From Chrysomallon squamiferum (lineage: Eukaryota; Animalia; Mollusca): a DNA stretch of 64,000 nucleotides. The notes beneath the pieces are model-generated. The model was not told where the DNA came from and made no database searches. It saw nothing but the letters and a program-made list of their open reading frames with translations. The DNA lies in contig CM022679.1 of the NCBI GenBank assembly GCA_012295275.1, forward strand, positions 8,432,001-8,496,000, written 5' to 3'. The stretch's first letter is position 1, and every line of letters starts with the position of its first letter. Positions 57,485 to 64,000 of this stretch are shown piece after piece. A program made the position numbers and the translations under genes.

Positions 57485-57708
57485 GTAAAAATTCACCTAC
57501 GTCGACCTGGAAAGACGTGACTTTTGGAATGCTGATGTCTTCTTGGGCTGGATTTCAGAAGATCCTGTGACGTTCACGGTCCCTCCGCATCTGTTTTAAA
57601 ACTGTTTCAACATCACAAAGACTCGACAACATGGAGCACGTCACAAACCACCACCAGACGAACGGCAACACCAAGGAAAATGGCGAATCATCGGACTGGG
57701 ATTCTTCA
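57485..57708 (+). other. Putative ChAT exon: 146 nt of 5' UTR plus the first 26 codons
   Basis: Acceptor ttttcttttctccaacag ends at 57484, donor tca|GTGAGT at 57709, and GC content is raised between them. Confidence 0.65.
57631..57708 (+). CDS. CHAT: Putative first coding segment of choline acetyltransferase (MEHVTNHHQTNGNTKENGESSDWDSS, phase-0 donor); the rest of the gene would lie beyond the window
   Basis: Strong Kozak context (aacATGG) and a hydrophilic N-terminal peptide ending at a consensus donor. Identity is inferred from its position downstream of VAChT on the same strand. The conserved LPKLPVP motif was not seen in the window. Confidence 0.5.
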
Positions 57709-58199
57709 GTGAGTGATTTTATTTGTTTTTTTATTACTTACGTTGTCGAAACACTCTCTGGGTGTTTCGTGGGAACAAGATATGAATTTTATTTTTTATT
57801 TCGAAAGCTTTTAACATTATTTTCGTTAATTCGTTTATTCTTTTGTTCGTTCTTTCGTTCATTCCATCATTCATTCATTCACATATGTTTTTATTCATGT
57901 ACTTCCGGTATTTTTAGTTTCTTATGTTTATGTAGTATTTTTTATGAAAATTTTATGTTAATTACATTCTGCTTCTTAAAAAGTCAGTGAACATTTTTTA
58001 TTTTATAAATATATATATATATATATATGTAGGTCTATGAATATGAAGGTGTTGGCTCATAAGAATTTTGTTTCTAGGCATTTTCCGGGTTTGTTTCACA
58101 ATAATTTTTATTTAAAACCAAACCTTGTTCAAGTCGAAAATGAAACAAACAAACCTTGAAATGAAAGGTTTATTTTAAAGAGATTCATTGACGAAATTG

Positions 58200-58450
58200 T
58201 TACGACATTGTTACTCTCTGACAGTACACCAAAATATCTTCATTTGACTTACGACGTAGCTACTCTCTGACAATAAACAAAAATGTCTTCATCTGACTTG
58301 CGACACATTTACGACGTAGCTACTCTCTGACAATAAACAAAAATGTCTTCATCTGACTTGCGATATAATTACGACGTAGCTACTCTGTAAATAAATCAAA
58401 ATGTCTTCAACTGACTTGCGACAGAGCTACCAGGTAGCTACTCTCTGAGA
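58200..58450. repeat. 60-bp minisatellite, about 4 copies
   Basis: acgacgtagctactctctgacaataaacaaaaatgtcttcatctgacttgcga, with unit starts at 58251, 58311 and 58371. Confidence 0.9.
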
Positions 58451-60136
58451 GTCAACCATCCTTTCGTCGCACTTGCTAAGATCTTAAAACACCCACGACA
58501 AGCATTCTTTAACTTTTCTCCGAGATTCACACGACATGTGCAATCATTACTAAAACAATACGCCGCACGGTGTAAGACCAGCTTCTTCTGATCAGTGCGG
58601 TTTACAACGGGCCTCATTAAACTAAATCAGGCAGGTTTTTGGGATCCAACAGATTTAACACCAGTAATCACTTTAGAGAAATTTATCGTCTTTTACATCA
58701 CATCCAATTGAAATCGAGGTTTGAAACGCTGCAGTCTGCGGCATTTAGATGTCACGGTAATTGTGTTTTATCTCCAAGCAAAGCCGCTAACGTCGTCGTA
58801 ATTAGTGTTGATTTTGTAAGAAAGTCCACTAAACGTGTAGCGCACAAAACCACGGACTAATATTGTCATGTTAATAACGTCCATTAAGATCAATTTGCTT
58901 TTCCGTCTTTCACCGTCCATTGCAAGCCATTGTTACCGTAATAACGTCATTAATCGAAGACGATCGTAAATGATGTAAATGACGTTAGTAATACACCGCA
59001 ATAATTGGCGTAGGAATCGAATGGGGTTTTTGTTTGTTTGTTTGTTTTTTTTTTTTTTTTTAATGAAATCATTTTTATTGTTATCGTTATTTTATATGGC
59101 ATTTAAATGGTGATTTGATAAAGTCTTGAGGTTTTGTTAAAGGGACTGTTAATGATTTTGTGTGTGCGTGTGAGTGTTAGTTAATGTATGAGTTTTTATG
59201 TGTGTATGTTTATGTGTGTGAGTGCGTGTGTTTGTGTGTGAGAAGGTGTGTGTTTGTGTGTTTGTAAGATTTCTGACCAAACACTTATATAAGCATTTAT
59301 ATGCATACATAACTCTTAAATGCTATGCAATTATAGATAAGTACGTAAAATTATAATGCATTAAAGACTTAAAACAGTCTTAAAATGAAATACGTTAATA
59401 CATAATTTGCTGGTACAGCAAATACTTTAACATTTCTTCGAACTAACTCTAAAAACAGAGAACAGCAAAGAAAGAAAAGATTACTTGAGGAGAATTTGAA
59501 AATTAGATTAATGATAACAGGATAATAGTAATCAAAAACATTAAACGTAAAAACAAACAAACAAGACAACAGCATGAAATATAGAACTGCTATCGACCAA
59601 ATAATCTCAGTCTGGAAAAGAGTACTCGAAGTCAAAGACAAATAACAGTGTTTATAAATTTTATAAAAAACAGACAATGAAAATACAGACAAAAATGGTA
59701 ACAAAACGGATGTAACGTAGACAAATGATGACAGAACATACAAATGACAATACAAAAAAATTATGATATAGTAGAGATGAATAATGAGAGAACAGATAAT
59801 GTTTAGAAAAACTATGACACAACTGACTGATAATACAGAAGCATTACGACGAAAAAGTCTAATTATCATAAAACGCAAAATCACAAATTGATAATTCAGG
59901 AAAATTATTACAAAACGCACAGTAATACAGACAGATCACAATACAGACAAATTACGACAAACCGGACAGTGATACAGACACATCATAAAACGTATTCACA
60001 GTACAAATGACTGTATCATGAGAAAACGGATACATTCTTACAATGATAGTAACCTAACAAACAGTAACATTTATTGATACTCATAGAGCAGAATCTAAAA
60101 ATTAATTTATTAAACAAATGTATTATATTAATATTA

Positions 60137-60183
<47 letters not shown>

Positions 60184-60715
60184 TAATAACAACAACAATG
60201 AAGACAACAACAATAACAATAACAAAAATTTGACACCTTATGACAATATTCATTAAAATTTCTTGAGGTGTCTTAAACATTAATTCAATCGTTCGTCCAT
60301 TCATTCGTCCTTTTTTTCATTCATTCCTACATAAGAAAACCACAATGGCAAACCATGCGCTTAAATACATGATGTCTGGTATTACGTCAATTTCAGAATT
60401 GACTTTCTGTATCGTTATTGGATGATGGATTTCCTATAGATTTGTTCTTTACTGGATTTACCTGGCATTATGTTTTATCTTAGATATTTCAGTCGAATCA
60501 CGCGATAGTCCATGTCTGTGGGTTTTTTTTTTTCCTTCTAAAGTACAAGTCTTTTACTTTCTACTTCTTCATCGAGGATGAACAGGTGTATAATGAATTT
60601 AGAGTTCTAGGTTTTATTAAAGTTGATATTAAACTCAAAGCCGAAGGAAATCGAGATTGTCTGATACCGTCAAATACTGTGACAGACCAAACACACACAC
60701 ACACACACACACACA

Positions 60716-60756
<41 letters not shown>

Positions 60757-61084
60757 ACATACATACACAGATACACTTTCAAACACAGAAGTACACAGCT
60801 TCACATGCACACGTACACAGATACTAAAAGCAAAATACTTGACAGTTTAACAGCAATATAATTATTTCAACCATAGAGATATTCTTTTTAACTTGTTGGA
60901 ATAAACAAATAATCCTTGGATTTTGAGCTTTATGAGGGACATTCATTATTAATTATTTCATGACATTTTAACTTGAAATTATCATTTTGGAGAAAAAAAA
61001 AAAAATTAAAAAAATTATTAAGTTCAGCGCAAAAGTAACATACAATCACAAAATCGAGTTTCTTCTAATTTCTGTGTTTTCGGA

Positions 61085-61830
61085 TACATGTTACTTTTTA
61101 AAACTGTACAAATATGTTATTTTTAAAACAGTGTAGATATGTTATATTTAAAACTGTAGGTATGTTATTTTTAAAACTATCGTGGCATTTGTTTTCATAC
61201 AAAATAGTACAGACATTTGATATTTAAATCTAATTTTTATGTTATTTTTAAAATTGTATACCTATGTTATTTTTAAAATCAAATAGTTATGCTTAAGACC
61301 GTATAGTTATGAGTTATTTTTACAGTTGTATAGTTACCTTATTTTTAAAATTTTATACTTGCGTTATTCTTAAAACTGTACTGTTGTGTTTTATTTTTTA
61401 AATTGCATAGTTATTATATTTATAATGAAGGCACGTTTATTTTTTACCTACAGTTGTGTTATTTTTAAAACAATATAAATGTGTTATATTTAAAACTGTA
61501 TAGCTGTGTTATTTTAAATACTGCATAGATACGTTATTTTATAACAGTACATTTGTTTATTTTTCAAATTGATTAGTTATGTTAATTTAAAATTGAATAG
61601 GTAGGTTATTTTTAAAAACTATGTTATTTCTAAAAGCGTATACGGATGTTATTTTAAAATTAGTACAGGTGTAATATGTTTAAAATAGTATAGAAATTTT
61701 GTTTTAAAACTTTCAAGGTATTTAATTTTTAAAATTATACAGGTATGTAACCTTAAAACTCTATAGATCGAAGTGTTATTTTAAAAACTATTCAGGCAGG
61801 GTTTTTATTTTTATTTTTTTAGAAACTGTT
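61085..61830. repeat. Degenerate AT-rich minisatellite of about 25 bp
   Basis: Recurrent tatgttatttttaaaactgtatag-like units. Confidence 0.8.
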
Positions 61831-63102
61831 CCTTTTGCTGATCTTAACGATCACTGATACAGTAAAATGTCCACTAGACTATGTAAAATTATCCTGCTAA
61901 TGAAGACAATCTGTAAGGCATATATCTCGAATTTCAAAGAGAAACAAATAAAAGGAAAGAGGATTAACGAGGATGGTGGAGGGGGGGGGGATGGTAAAGA
62001 TTTGATTAGTAGAATTTTGTGAGGAAGCATTGATTGGGTAGTCGAATCTCTCTAATCAAGTGGCTCGCGGTCTCCCCAATTATCGTAAAGACCAGTCGAA
62101 ATATGGACGTAAATGCACAAGATAACTCATGCTTCTTGATGAAGCATACAATCGTAAAATTTGCTTCGTTAAGCTGAATCAAGTCCGCGTCTTTTTCTCG
62201 AGTTCGCTGTTAAATAAGCCAGGTAAACAACTTAGCGATAACGTAATGACATTTTTTTTTTTTAAATATAAAGTTTTCTGTATAATTAAATTTTCATTTT
62301 GTAATTGTTACCATAACCGGATAAATCTTGTTTTCAAAAACAGTTACTACTTCTACTACGTTACCACTAATACTGTGACTGCTGCTGCTGCTAGTACTAC
62401 AACTACTCCTATTACTGTTGCTACTGCTACAACTACTGTAATAAATATCATATCAACTAAAATTCTGGTATTAATAACAAAATTGACAGTGATAACTCCT
62501 ACAACAAGAAGACACGTCTACTGCTACTGTTAATCCGTCTGCTACTTCTAATACTACTGATGCTACTACTACTGCTGTTATTATTACTATTACTGCTATT
62601 AATTCTACTACTACTACTACTACAGCTATAACACAGCAAACGAAATAACCACTAGCTTCGGCTGCTACGTCTGATACTACTGCTGCTACTACTACTGCTG
62701 TTATTATTACTATTACTGCTGTTATAACTACTACTACTACAGCTATAACACAGCAATTGTTAATAATATTACTACAGCAAACGAAATAACTACAGTGGTA
62801 GCTTCGGCTGCTACGTCAGCTATGTCTGCTACGACTGCATCTGTTGTTGCTGGTACACGTATTATCAGTGCCATTGTCTGTTAACGATATTTCTTCTGTA
62901 CTACTGCTAGTATTACAATAACAACAACCACTACTGTTGTTGTTGTTATTATTATGATTATTATTATTTTCATAATTTTATTATTATTATTATTATCATT
63001 ATTATTATCATCATCATTACTACTAATACTATTACTATTACTAAAATTACTTCTACTACTACACTATTAGTACTATTACTATTACCATTATTACTATTAT
63101 TA

Positions 63103-63139
<37 letters not shown>

Positions 63140-63344
63140 ATTATGATTATTATTATTGTTGCTATTATTACAACCACTGTTGTTGATGATGACGATGTTG
63201 TTGTTGTTGTCGTTGTTGTTGTAGCTATTCTTGGATAACTTTTCTCACTGAATTATCCATTTTATTTTCGCCCCTCATCTGTAACTAAAAACGTAACCCT
63301 GAAATAACACACCAACGTCTCAGAAAAGATCATTCTATCCTGCA

Positions 63345-63410
63345 GCAGTTGATGACGTCATTATTCTCACTCCTACATACGACGTCCACGTGCACGCCAA
63401 CAACACTGCC

Positions 63411-63447
<37 letters not shown>

Positions 63448-63520
63448 CTAGAGGGGACAAACGTTGCCCGACGACGTCGTCTTTTCTTTGATCTCAACAC
63501 ATCTCCGTCATTACTTCAAA
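63345..63520 (+). promoter_or_regulatory. Candidate alternative promoter
   Basis: TGACGTCA at 63353, CACGTG at 63387, several ACGT cores, CpG-rich, directly before the candidate exon at 63584. Confidence 0.3.
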
Positions 63521-63583
63521 CATTGGCACAGACTTTCCAACTCGTTTAAGGTTTACTGTCGATTCGCTGAACAATTATTCAAA

Positions 63584-63679
63584 ATGTCTCGTTTTAATTT
63601 ACCGCTCTCTTCCTGGTTCAAAACACGTGTCCTGCTGCAATGTCCTTCGAGGAAAACGGAATCGAGCTGGTTAAATATG
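63584..63679 (+). CDS. Candidate alternative N-terminal or cassette coding exon of the same gene (MSRFNLPLSSWFKTRVLLQCPSRKTESSWLNM)
   Basis: aaaATG start, 32 codons, phase-0 donor atg|GTAGGA at 63680, and a weak in-frame acceptor tttaag| at 63550. CRE (63353) and E-box (63387) lie upstream. Confidence 0.3.
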
Positions 63680-63835
63680 GTAGGAATATGCATGGCTGTT
63701 TACGGGCATGCTCTGTCAGTAATATGTGCTGATACGGACGAACGGACAGATTAACATTTTTCTGTCTTGATGACGATGGTCAAGTAAACACGATAGCGGG
63801 TTCCCGTAATGATGCCCCGAAGCCCAGAAAGCGCA

Positions 63836-64000
63836 ACAGAAATCTTTACGCAGCTGTATTTTAGTGCACGCCGAGTTCTTAGAGAACAAAACAGAAATCT
63901 TTATACAGCTGTATTTTAGTGTACGCTGAGTTTTTAGAGAACAAAACAGAAATCTGTATACAGCTGTATTTTAGTGCACGCTGAGTTCTTAGAGAACAAA
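63836..64000. repeat. 55-bp minisatellite running off the window end
   Basis: acagaaatctttatacagctgtattttagtgcacgctgagttcttagagaacaaa at 63836, 63891 and 63946. Confidence 0.9.

Noticed and set aside
57709-57990. Continuation of ORF 57631-57990 as a 119-aa protein
   Set aside because: After the GTGAGT donor the sequence becomes T-rich and intron-like.
59369-59920. 183-aa hydrophobic minus-strand ORF
   Set aside because: It arises from A-rich degenerate atacagac repeats, has no family similarity, and is antisense within the putative intron.
57709-64000. ChAT catalytic exons (LPKLPVP and later motifs)
   Set aside because: Not found by eye or in the ORF track, so the ChAT call remains architectural.

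Overview
This is AT-rich, microsatellite-dense animal genomic DNA; the VAChT sequence and SINE remnants suggest a mollusc, probably a gastropod (inference). The only clear protein gene is an intronless vesicular acetylcholine transporter (VAChT/SLC18A3/unc-17) at 15520-17172 (+). Splice signals around it fit the nested cholinergic gene locus. A non-coding exon (15046-15262) has a donor that can skip VAChT. A small non-coding exon lies at 22020-22070. About 42 kb from the first donor, an exon (57485-57708) carries a strong-Kozak ATG and 26 codons, probably the first coding exon of choline acetyltransferase (ChAT). No ChAT catalytic exon is in the window, so that call rests on architecture only. 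Less expected signals are a recursive-splice-like AG|GT at the putative ChAT acceptor, a possible alternative N-terminal exon resembling a mitochondrial presequence (63584-63679), two Tigger4/Zombi-like MITEs, a duplicated enhancer-like module, an inverted copy of a minisatellite unit, and a strong strand bias of (ACT)n repeats. All motif scanning was by eye and is not exhaustive.
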